The notes under the pieces were generated by a model. It was not told where the DNA came from and ran no database searches. It saw nothing but the letters and a program-made list of their open reading frames with translations. A stretch of DNA of 64,000 bases, from NCBI GenBank assembly GCA_038087875.1, contig CM075988.1, forward strand, positions 27,466,001 to 27,530,000. The letters run 5' to 3'. This document shows, in pieces, positions 50,364 to 62,522 of the stretch. The position numbers and the translations under genes were made by a program. The DNA comes from Malacoraja senta. Taxonomy: Eukaryota. The number at the start of each line of letters is the position of its first letter. Within the stretch, counting starts at the first letter, position 1.

Positions 50364-53300
50364 TTAGGCTCCTGTGAATCTGTTCTATGAAACCTGTCCT
50401 ATTATTCCTATCATCCTATTGACTATTACCCGTTACTTTTACATCCTTTGTATCATAAATGTACATGTGTATCCATACCCGAGTCTTCAACAAATTCATT
50501 AAAATGACTTTGTTATAATACTCAATGATTCAAAAATAACTTGAGCAATGCTTAAAGCAACACTATTGATTCCCATACCAGTGACGTTGACTCAGGGTAA
50601 GAAGTGGGAGGAATTATTACCTAGTGGTGATGTATACATTGATTACAATAAGCTGCATATTCTTGTGTAGTGATTTAGTTTATATCACTAAATGTTTTGA
50701 TATTCATGTTTATTCCTCTTCCTTCCCTTTTTTTTAGGTTTCATTAATGAACGCATTGAAACTATTTTATAAAGCACTTTTAGAACCATTGCCATGCCAG
50801 AAATGTTTGTACTGTAGCCAGAAGTGCAGCATGATGCAACTGGTTTGGCGCAACCTTATCCATATCAATTTAAGCAAGATGACCCATCCACCTAACATTA
50901 GTTTGAAGCCTGGATTTCATTTGTTTTCTGTTTGGCTGCTCTACTACTCTCTATTGATTGTCATGCCTCATCTGCACTTTTTATGCACTGACAATTGAAG
51001 GCAAACTATCAATCAAATCCATGTTGTTCTCTAAATGTGTGTGGATCAGGTTTTGCAACACCTCTACTGATTACAGTTCAACATTACAGAAACTATAAGA
51101 GACTATATCTTATATGCTTCAGTGTTAAGCACACAATGTACACCTGATAGCAGCATACAAATAACATGGGCAAAAAAATCTTCAAATCACTTTACATGGA
51201 TGGGCAAAGCAAATGGTATTTCTGTGATTTAAAGCATATTCAGTAAAAAATGTTGGTGCCCTATTTAGAGCTGGGAAATTAGTTCTTCATTCACTTGAAC
51301 CATTCCTAACAGCTCCTGCACTGATTATTATAATTGTTGTAAAACATGGTCTTCCTATTGCCTATGTCATTTTCCACCTAATTCAATGATAAATGTTCTG
51401 ACAAATTTGTCTCATTATGTAACATGGATGAGACTCTGAATTATTTACAGATCCACAGGGCATATCGCAAGTCTCACTGTCTAAGGATCTAAAGCATTTT
51501 TGGAGGGAACCCTCAGTTATGTCCCAGAGCCAACGCTTTGATTCCATGAAGCTCGTCATCACTACGTCCACCTCTAAAAATGTGAATGCTTCCTCACTGC
51601 TGAAATTCTCATCCATACCTTTGCTTCCCCTAATGCTTTTCTGATTAATATCTCAATACACTCGATAAATTTTGGCTCATCTGAAATTCTGCTAACTTTC
51701 CCCAAACTTGCAACAGGTCCTGATGACCCACCATTCCTGCCCTTGGTGATCTGCATGGTCTCCAAGTCCACCAACAGCACAGATGTAAAAATTGTACTCT
51801 CTTAGTCCAGTCCATTATTCTTTCATCATAATTTCCCCACCATAAAGCCTGTAAACCAATCCAGAATTTTCATTCTTCCAAAGCTAGCCTCTTGCATGGC
51901 CACCTGGCTCTGCAAGCTCCCACAACACAGACCATCTTTGGCAACTGCGCATTCAGCCACATATATCTTATGCTCATGAATTCACTTCTTGAGCCGCCTA
52001 TCCTCTCTTCGATATCTCTTCAGAACTCATCTCTATCGTTGACTCCACACCTTCTTCTTTGGCTCTGCTGTTATTTTTTTCTGATTACCCTTTTGAGAAC
52101 TGCATTGGGACATTCTCCTACATCAAATACATTTATCACATTCCCTAGCAATAAACATGGCCATGGGAGAGAAAACTCCTTACCACTTACTTACCATATT
52201 ACACTGCCTTTGTAAATTGCTCGTTTCTAAGCTTCCCCCCAGTTTAGTTTCAGTAAAAACACTGAATCAGAACTCTGCAACATTATTTACAATTATTTAC
52301 AAGGTGCATGTCTGGTTTGCAGCCATCCAATCCATTCTATGCATTTTGCACCTAATTGACAGGGTCTGCAGACGCTCTTTTTCTTTGCTTGTTCTTATTG
52401 TTTGCTTGCAAATTGTATCCAGGCTCTAGACACACTGGCACCACTCCGCAGCTTGTCCCAGCTCTGCAGAGAGCAATTCCAAATTGACCAAATCTCCCAG
52501 CAGCCCTGAAGCTTTTACCCCATTTTGAGGTTCTAGCCTCTCCAATTTAGCCAGGATTAACATTTTCTGGCTTAATAAATGAAGTCAGAAACTTCACCAC
52601 CTGGACAATAAAACATCCAGAACTGGTCATAATTTTAGACTTCTCAACAAATGTCAGTAAAAGTATGCAGGCATAAAACTTCTTGACAAGACACTGGCTG
52701 TGTTTAAAGATGGAATAATAGTTTGTCTCACTGTGCCAGCTGGACTATTAAGTTAGCAAAGAAACCAACATCATTAACTTCTCATGGTACATCTTGTGAA
52801 GACTTCTTGTTCAAACAAAACCAAATGGCATCTTTGCAATTGCAGATCTTCAATTAATATATTCTTATTTATGATGGACCATGTATAGCAAAAAATGTAC
52901 AAAATAGAGAATGAATGATAAAGACATCCCACAATTTGCTTCAATTGTTGTTTTAAAGGTTCATGATTTATGATTCAATGTAAATTCTAAAAATATAATA
53001 AATTCTGACATATTCAAAATTAGTAATGGAATGCAAAGTGTACAGATTTAGATCACATTTTAATAATATCATACTCAGTATTAATGAAGTGGTAAAAGGA
53101 ACATACATTTAGGAAAGCATAAACCATTATCATGATATTAATTTTAATATAGTTAAACATTAAATCTATTCCCATAAACTACAGTATCAATTTTAAACAA
53201 TTTACTTCTGAAGAGCAGCAAGACTTAATAATGTATTTCAATTTCATGTTGTTACTTTTTAATTAACATTTTGATTATAATTGCAATTACTTTAGAATTA

Positions 53301-53959
53301 ACAAGGCTCAGACATAGCAACTATATTTTGTTCTATTGTTTGGTGTATAATAGCTTATATTTATATCATGCATTTCATGCCTCAAAATATCCCATAATGA
53401 CAGTATGCAGCAAGATTTTGCACTGAGCCACATTGGGATATTTTGTGAATGAGCCTGAAGGGTAAAGAGGCAGAGAAGTTCATGAAGGGAATTCCTAAGC
53501 CTGAGGTTAGGGCCTGGGAAGCTGAAGTCATGGTACTAGTTGTGGGGAGATTTAAACTGTGAGCGGTGAAGAAAGCAGAACTGCTGCAGCAAAGTTGTAG
53601 AACTGTTCTAACGCTGGAGGACACAACAGAAATGGCAAAACATGAATCATGAAGGGTTTGAAATCATGATACCAAGTTTAAAATCAATCTTAGCCAGAAT
53701 TCAGTGCAGGTCGGCAAGTGTTTGAGTTCGAGATGAACAGGACTTCTTGTGAGTTAATACACTCCCGCTGAGGATTGGATGAATTTAGGTGACAGAGTTG
53801 AATGAAGGAGACTGGTGATGAAAGTCCAGGTGTCATCAAGACTACTGGTAACAAGTATGAGCAAAGCCAGGGTCGAGTTGGCTGACGAGGCAGAGGTGGA
53901 CATAGGCAAACTTAGTGATGGAGCAACTTTATGACCTGAAGTTCACCTAAGGCTTCAGA

Positions 53960-55030
53960 ACATAGATCAGTCTAGCACAGGAGCAGGTAATTTGGCCTAC
54001 AATGTGTGTGCAGACCATGATAAGTTCATACGTTCATAAGTGACAGGACTAGAATTAGGCCATTCAGCCCATTGAGTCTACTCCACCATTCAATCATGGC
54101 TGATCTATCTCTCCTTCCTAACCCCATTCCCCTGCCTTTTCCCCATAACCTCTGACAACCGTACTAATCAAGAAGCTAAATTAAGATGCTAATTTAAATG
54201 GCACAACTGCCTGCTCATGATCTATATCTCAAAATTCCTTACCTGTTCGTGAATCTGTCTAAAATCCTTTAAAAACATTGCTATCATAATGGGTTTCACC
54301 ACATCCCGTGGCAGCATGTTCCCGGCACCTACCTGGAACACTCTCTGTCTAAAATTCTTGCTACATTAATCTCCTTTAAACTTCCTCTTTCACCTCAAAG
54401 TTATGACCCTGTCCATGTCTCTCATAGATGTAAATACTTATACAAGAACGTCCCTCAGCATCTGGTGCGCCAGAGAAAACAAGTTTGTCCAACTGCTCCA
54501 AATACTCTATAATCTAGGCAACCTCTTAATAAATCTCTTATGCACCTTTCCCAACCTCCACATCCTTTATGTAATGCAGCAATTAGAACTGCACACAGCA
54601 TTCCAAGTATGAACTAACCAAAGTTTTATATACTGGAGCTGTGACATGTTTTCCCAACTTTAATAGTCAATACCCCAACCGATAGGGCAGCACAGTGGCG
54701 CAGCAGTAGAGTTGCTGCATTACAGCACCAGAGACTGGGGTTCGATCCTGACTGTGGGTGCTGCCTGTATGGAGTTTGTAGGTTCTTCTTGTGACCGCAT
54801 TGGTTTTCTCCGGTTGCTCCAGTTTCCTCCCACACCTCAAAAATGTACAGGTTTGTAAGTTAATTGGTTTTACTCTGTATACATCTACAAGATCACTCCT
54901 TGTCTTCCTGTACTCTAAGGAATAAAGTCTTAGCCTGCTCAACCTCTGTCTGTAGTTCAGGCCCTCAAATCTTGGCAACATCCTCGTAAATCGTCCCTGC
55001 GCTCTTTCCAACTTAATAACATCCTTCCAA
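53960..55030 (-). mobile_element. Cluster of CR1 3' fragments with an inserted V-SINE (+, about 54685-54870)
   Basis: ORF piece LERAQGRFTRMLPRFEGLNYRQRLSRL, CR1 tails, and SINE head gggcagcacagtggcgcagc. Confidence 0.8.
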
Positions 55031-56152
55031 TAGAAGGATGCCCAAAACGGAACCATTTCCATGTTGTATCTTTCAAATCATTCTTTCTTAGAGCCATCTA
55101 GCAGGGACCCACTTGACACAAGTGGTCTGGAAATTGATTATTGTATTTACACAGATAACAATTGTCTCCACAATGTAAACACATTTGTTAGAAGGAACGT
55201 CAGACAGGGCCTGGGCTGACCTCACAAGTACGCAGATTGGAAATAAGTAGATAATGAGAACTGAGTTTGATGCATTTTGGAAATACTGTAACAATAAAGA
55301 GGGGAAAAGAACAGAAGATTCCTGATATGCAAGTTAGGCAACTTTTCAAACAGAGAAACAACTTTAATATTTTAGGTCTAAAACCCTTCAGCAGAACTGG
55401 AAAAGATTTGGAATGTAGCCAGTTTTAAACATGTAGAGAAACAGGGAAAAAGGGGAATGAAGTAAAAAAAAACAATAAGGTAAATCCACAATAGGGTGGA
55501 GGCAGGAAGATAGAACATAGAACAGTACAGCACAGGAACAGGCCCTTCGGCCCACAATGTTTGAGCTGAACATCACTGCCTACACGTAATCCAAATCTCT
55601 CCATTTCCCGCATATCCTTGTGCCTATTTAAAAGATTCTTAAATGCCTCTTGTATAAGGAAAGAATTATTAACAAAAAGAGAGGCAGGTGTAATGCAAAG
55701 AGAACGATATTGTTGCCAGTAAAAGTTGGACCTATACAAACTACTTGGGAAAAACAGTTATTACCAGGATCAAATATGATAAAAATGGAGGTGGACATGA
55801 TCCAAAATTACTGAAGCCATTATTGAGGCTGGAAAGTTGTTAATTGAAAGAGTGGAAATATTTCTTAAACATTTAAAAACAGAATGGCAAAGAAAAGGAC
55901 CAGCCATTGGCCGATCATGGATAAAGTGATATAATGGCCAGGGAGAATTTTTAGTTTTGTATCTGTAACATAGAATACTAAGGAGAGAGACAAGGTTAAA
56001 TTCACACACACAAAAACATATTGAGGCCACAGGTGGTGTATTCTATACAGTTTGGGGCACTGCAATACCAGGTAGATGTACAAGCAGAAAATAAAAGATG
56101 AAGACCAAATTGACTCCATGTTATTTGGAATGACAGATTGAAATTCAAAGAA

Positions 56153-56245
56153 AGATACAAAATGCTGGAGCAACTCAGTGGGTCAGGCAGCATCCATGGA
56201 GAATGTAGATATGTAACGTTTTGGGTCACAACCCTTTTTCAGACA
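56153..56245 (-). mobile_element. Degenerate Penelope-terminus repeat
   Basis: gatacaaaatgctggagcaactcag...acgttttgggtcacaaccctttttcagac. Confidence 0.7.
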
Positions 56246-56586
56246 GATTGAAATTGTTAGGCCATTTAACCTCTCTCTTTATTTAGTCTTCCATTCACAA
56301 AGCAACTTAGTTTAGTTTAGTTTAGAGATACAATGTGGAAACAGTCCCTTCAGCCCACCGGGTCCAAGCCGACCAGCGACCCCCCCACACACTAACGCTA
56401 TCCTGCACACACTAGGAATAATTTACAAATATACTGAGCCAATTAACCTACAAACCTGTACGTCTTTGGTGGGAGGAAACCAGAGCACCTGGAGAAAACC
56501 CACACAGGTCATGGGAAGAACGTACAAACTCCGTACAGACAGCACCCGTAGTCAGGATCGAATCCGGGTCCCTGGCACTGTAAGGC

Positions 56587-57689
56587 TCTCTCCCACGGGT
56601 TTGCGGTCGTTGGCGGTGAAGCGCGGCGTCGCCGGAAGAGGGGACCGCACGGCAACCATGAGAGCGCCGCACGGATGCTGCGCGGGGAGCCAAGTACGGC
56701 CGGTTCCACGAGCTTGCTGTTTCGGCTTTCAGATCGCGGGGCTGTGGCTGCGGCCGTGCCGCACACGTGCCTCACTGACGGCGGTCGTGCCTCACTGGCG
56801 GTGGCTGTGGCGGCGGCCGTGCCGCACACGCGCCTCACTAGCGGCGGCTGTGGCGGCGGCCGTGCCGCACACGTGCCTCACTGGCGGAGGCTGTGGCGGT
56901 GCAAGTTCGACGCACGGCGCTCGTGCCGCACTGGCGGCGGCTGTGGCGGTGGCCGTGCTGCACTCGTGCCTCACTGCCGGCGGCTGTGCGGTAGGAACAT
57001 ATTTTTGAACAGTGTTTGTTTTATTTTAGCACCGTGCGGTGTTGGGAACAACTTCGCACGGCCCCGGCGGTGGGCGTTTGACCGAGTGCGCGGTCTATGG
57101 CGGCCCAGGAGCGGTAGATTCTTCCTGTTTCGCCGCCAATGACCGCAGACTCGTGAGACAGGCGGCGCGACTCTCGTCAGCAGCGGCCTCTGCAGTCCGT
57201 CTGTCTTTTTATTATTTTTGTCTTGTTTCTATGTAGTTTTTTTTTGTTTTTTTTGTCGGGGTATGTGTGGGGGGGGGGGGGGGGGGACTTTAAAATCTTT
57301 CCCCTGCACGGGAGACCCGAACTTTTCTTTGTCGGGTCTCCGTTGTCGTTGGGGCTGGGCAACGTGGAGCGCCCTCCAGCAGGAACGACCTGGGGCTCCA
57401 GTTGCAGAGGATGGAATCTGAGCAGCAAAGGATGGAATCTGAAGCAAAAACAAACTGATGCGGTGGGGGCTTTGACTTTGACTCTGACATCGGGGGGGGG
57501 GGGAGTGCAGTGGAGAGATACGTTTTTTTTGCCTTCCATCACAGCGCTGTGATGGATGTATGTGTAAATTGTGTTGTGTCTCGGGTCTTTTTCGTTTTGT
57601 AATGTAAGGCTGCAGAAACGACATTTTGTTTGGACCTCAACGGGGTCCAAATGACAAATAAATTGTATTGTATTGTATTGTATTGTATT
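56587..57689 (+). mobile_element. Composite non-coding retroposon: GC-rich 5' region, VNTR, family core and AATAAA+(TATTG)n tail
   Basis: 6-bp TSD taaggc at 56581-56586 and 57690-57695. The core is shared with 28788-29620. Confidence 0.82.
56740..56995. repeat. GC-rich VNTR, unit about 43 bp (cctcactggcggcggctgtggcggcggccgtgccgcacacgtg)
   Basis: Five to six variant copies are directly visible. Confidence 0.85.
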
Positions 57690-58464
57690 TAAGGCAGCAA
57701 CTCTACCGCGGCACCACTGTGCTGCCCATGATTGTTACAAATTGTTACAAATTGGTATAAAAAATAGAGATAGAAAAGTACAATCAGTGTTTATAAGGTT
57801 TGCAAAGTCAAGCAAAATATTAAACCAGCAGTTCTTTCTAGATTAGAAATACAAGAGCAGCAGAGGATGGAATCTGAAGCAAAAACAAACTGATGCGGTG
57901 TCTCGACCTGAAACATCGACCATCCCTTTGATATCACATTTGCTGCTTGACCCTCTGAGATCTTCCAGCAGTTTATATTTTGCTCCAATGTTTTCCTCAA
58001 GAACCTGCTGAGACAGCTCATGATATTGCCACAGTCAACCAATTGCAAACAAGTCAAAATCACTTTTGCCAGGGTGATTACTTAATTATCAAATATTAGG
58101 AAATTAAATCCAGAAAGGAAGTTTAATTCACCTAATATGAGTGTATCATAGAATTGTGCAACACAGAAACATGCCCTTCAACCCACCATGTCCATGCTGT
58201 CCTTTTTACACTAACCACAAATGCCCACATTAGGATGGTATCTTTCTATGTTTTGCATATTTAGGGCAGTCTAAATACCTCTTAAACATAGTAATTCTAT
58301 CTGGTTCCCTCACCTACTCTGGCAACACATTCCAGATATCAACCACTCTGTACCACACTGAAGTCAACATTATCAGTCACCTCCTTCTTGAGGTGTTGTA
58401 ATCTCTGGCAGCTGCTGTACTTAGTACAGGAGATGCAACCCATCAAGCTAGCTCCTCAATGGTT

Positions 58465-59735
58465 TTGTCAGCATGGTTTTGTATGTGGGAAGTCGTGTCC
58501 CACAAATCTGATTGATTTTTTGGAAGACGTGGTCAAAAAGGTTGACAAGGGCAGAGCTGTACATGTTGTGTACATGGACGTTCAACAAGGTTCTGCATGG
58601 TAGGCTGCTCTGGAAGGTTAGATCACATGGGATCCAAGGAGAGATAGCTGAATGGATAGCATACTGGCTCCATGGAAGGAAGCAGAGGGTAATGGTGGAA
58701 GGTTGCTTCTTGGACTGGAGATCTGTGACTAGTGGTGTGCCTCGGGGTTTGGTGCTGGGCCCGTTACTGTTTGTCACCTACATCAATGATTTGGATGAGA
58801 ACATACAGGGCAAGATTAGAAAGTTTGCTGATGATACAAAAGTTAGTGGTTTTGCAGATAGTGAAGATGGTTGTGAACGATTGCAGCAGGATCTGGATCA
58901 ATTGGCCAGGTGGACGGAGGAATGGTTGATGGAATTTAATACAGAGAAGTGTGAGGTGTTGCATTTTGGGATGTCGAACAAGGACAGGACCTACACAATA
59001 AATGGTAGGCCTCTGGGTAGTGTGGTAGAGCAGAGGGATCTAGGAGTACAGGTGCATGGTTCCTTGAAGGTCGAATCACAGGTAGATAAGGTGGTCAAAA
59101 AGGCTTTTGGCACTTTGGCCTTCATCAGTCAGAGTATTGAATATAGAAGTTGGGAGGTCATGTTACAGTTGTATAAGACGTTGGTGAGACCGCATTTAGA
59201 ATATTGTGTTCAGTTCTGGGCACCATGTTATAGGAAATATATTGTCAAGCGTGAAAGTGTTCAGAAATAATTTACGAGGATGTTGCCAGGACTAGAGGGT
59301 GTGAGCTATAGGGAGAAGTTGAGTAGGCTGGGTATCTATTCCATGGAGCGTAGGAGGATGAGGGGAGATCTTATAGAGGTATACAAAATCATGAGAGGAA
59401 TAGATCGGGTAGATGCACAGATTCTCTTGCCCAGAGTAGAGGAGTCGAGGACCACAGGACATAGGTTCAAGGTGAAGGGGAAAAGATTAAATAGGAATCC
59501 GAGGGGTAACTTTTTCACACAAAGGGTGGTGGGTGTATGGAACAAGCTGCCAGAGGAGGTAGTTGAGGCTGGGACTATTCCATCGTTTAAGAAACAGTTA
59601 GACTGTTACATGGATAGGACAGGTTTGGGGGGATATGGCCCATGTGCAGGCAAGTGGGACTTGTGTAGCTGGGACATTGTTGGCCGGTGTGGGCGCGTTG
59701 GGCCAAAGGGCATGTTTCCACACTGTATCACTCTA
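58465..59735 (+). mobile_element. CR1 LINE 3' part, relatively intact RT region
   Basis: GVPRGLVLGPLLF..YINDLD..KFADDTK..LYKTLVRPHLEYCVQFW..RRMRGDLIEVYK, with an in-frame stop and a frameshift. Confidence 0.95.
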
Positions 59736-59739
59736 TATA

Positions 59740-60390
59740 AATTGATAAGAGGCATATCGATAAGGTAGGTAGTCAGAGTCTTTTTCCCCAGGGTGAAAAT
59801 GTCAAATACTGCAGAGCATATGTTTAAGTTAGGAGAGGAAGGTTTAAAGGAGATATGCAAGGAAAGTTTTTTTTATACTCAGAGGGTGATCGTGCCTGTA
59901 AATCCCTTCCTGGGGATAGCAGAATACCATAACAATGAGAGATATTTAGACAGGCAGATGAACCGACGGGGAGTGGAGGACTTAGTGTAGACAGATGGAA
60001 TTAGTTAGAAGATCATGAGGGCCTGTTCATGTGCTGTGTTGTGCTCTTCTGTTTTATGTAGGTGAGATGCATATAAAAATCTTTCCCCATGGTAGTGGGT
60101 CTAAAACAGGAGGACATATAGGTTTAAGGTAGGAAGTAAGAGGTTCAGAGGGGATCTAAGGGGGGAATATTTAATGCAGAGAGTGGTTAGAATCTGGAAT
60201 ACTTTGGCTCAAAAGATGGTGGTGGCAGATCCTCTGATGGCATTTATGAAGCATCTAGTCAGGCACTTGGAAAGGAAAGGTAAAGAAAAGAATGGACCCA
60301 ATGTGGGATTATTTAGTCGGATTGTAGTGGTAGGCATGTGCAGGGTGGGTCAAAGAGTCTGTTTCTTTGCTGTATAACTGTATACTGTAA
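59740..60390 (+). mobile_element. Two further degenerate CR1 3' tails
   Basis: Repeated tttaaggt...cagagagtggt...tggaa...agggcctgtt skeleton. Confidence 0.6.
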
Positions 60391-61619
60391 CTAAATGACA
60401 ACAGTGAAGATGAAAATTTCATAGCAGGTAAAAATTAAAAGTTGTACCAGATAGGGACTCATAAAAACAATGTGCCAAGGAAAACATAAATCCCACCAAA
60501 AAAAAAAATCAGATGTCACATTTCCCACTGGAAACCACACCACCCAGACGTGTGCGTAAAATTGATCCATTCTGGGTTAAATCAAATTTTCAAGTGCACT
60601 GCACCGATTTATTTCTGAAGTTGTGTGAATGAATTCCTCGGCCCTTGTGTTTAAAAACTTTGCAAGAGGAATTGACCTTGTAAAGTTTCACATAATGTAA
60701 ATACGTGCAAGGTTTCTGTACACAGTTGGAAACAAATCTGGCATTTCCAAACACAACCATTTACTCACTGGGAGTCCAAGATCCATCAAAGTAAAGAGGC
60801 TACACTGAGTGCTGTGTCCAAAGAACTGTACTTGTCACGAAATTTGGTATAAATCTGCAAATATTTTTCTGTTTATATCGAATGTACAGTACGTTTCTCC
60901 TGAAGTTCTACTTTACTCTCCTATACTTCCTGAAATACATGCTGCACTCTTTTTCTCTTAATCCAAAGTTTATCACAAGAAGAAAATGTAAAATAATTAG
61001 TTTATCCACTGCCTACAATGAATGTTGAGCTGTTTAAATTTTCCACTCCAGATTAGAAGCGCATCCAACTCGATAAGAAATACAAAGCTTCCATTAAGGC
61101 ATTCAAGGTCTGTATAAGCAATTTAGCTCAATTTGAAAGACTGGCTTAATCTTGCGCCACATCTGGTTCTGGGACATAAAATATTTTATTTTCTTTGGAA
61201 GGCAGAAGGAAGTGCTTGGAGCCAAGAGGAGGTCAAGTCTCTCTCTCACAAGGCTGCTGGTGGGGACACGCGGCATTGCACTCCAAGAAAGACTTGCACA
61301 CACTCCATGTATGAAACCACTGTGCTGCAGGCTAAATGATTCACTGCAAATATTTGTTCTGTGAATGTTTTTTTTTAAAATCTAGGAAAAGACTGCCACT
61401 TGATACAACAATGACAAGAAAAATCCATCTCAGAGTAGCCTGGAAATATGCTTGGTAAATCACAGGCCATAATTAAATCTGTGTGGATTTATGTGGCAGA
61501 CTACACTGGAAACTTCACAAAATTCTACATTTGGATCACTTCTGACATTACTTTTAAGGCGGGGGTGGTGGGGCTTTTGAGTCTGTGAGTCAATTTGCTG
61601 ATAGAATACTTATATTCAT

Positions 61620-62045
61620 AAGTTCATGAGTTCTAGGAGCATAATTAAGCCATTCAGTCTATCGTCCACCATTCAATCATGGCTGATCTACCTTTCCCTC
61701 TCAACCCCATTCTCCTGCCTTCACCCCATAACCGCTGACACCCGTACTAATCAAGAATCTCCGCCTTAAAAATATCTATTGACTTGGCCTCCACATCCGT
61801 CTGTGGCAATGAATTCCATGAATTCACCACCCCATGACTGAAATCAACATTTGTTCTCATCTCCTTTCTAAAGGTACATCCTTTTATTCTGAGGCTACGG
61901 CCTCTGGTCCTGGACTCTCCCACTAGTGGAAATATCCTCCCTACATTCACTCCAGGCCTTTCACTATTTGGTAAGTTTCATCGAGGTCCCCCCTCATCCT
62001 TCTAAACTCCAGTGAGTCCAGGCCCAGTGCCTTCAAACGCTCAGG
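61620..62045 (-). mobile_element. CR1 3' fragment
   Basis: IFPLVGESRTRGRSLRIKG...VVNSWNSLPQ, same subfamily as 1905-2330. Confidence 0.88.
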
Positions 62046-62522
62046 CATTTACATTGTATTGCTTTACATTGTACAAATAGTGTTGATTTCTTTTTTAACA
62101 TGCTTTCACTGTCTGTCAAATCTATCCCCTTCTTGCCCTGCAATAGTGACTCCTTCCTTGGTTTTAATTCTATGAGCAACAGGCAATCTTGGTCTGATTC
62201 TTTACCCGAGTAGCTACTATTCAGGCGAACCTTGACAGAAAGGTTATTTAAATTGAGCCTGGTTCTAGTGAGACCCAAATTCCACACATGCGGGGTTTCT
62301 ATTCACGTTCCACATTGGTCACTTTCCACATTCCCAACAGGGAGAGAGATCATGACCACATCAACCTCACCAATGCTGGGGACTGAACGTAACAACATCA
62401 GGTCAATGATGCCTACAGGAATCATAGACATCATCAGCATTACTCCCACTTGTTAGATTCACCAAGACTGAGTTATTTTTTAAACCTTGGCTAGAAACTA
62501 ATAACTATGACTATGTACTGTT

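Larger units (their letters stand above)
56308..57727 (-). mobile_element. V-SINE split by the composite insertion at 56587-57689
   Basis: SINE sequence stops at ggcactgtaaggc and resumes as taaggcagcaactctacc. Confidence 0.88.
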
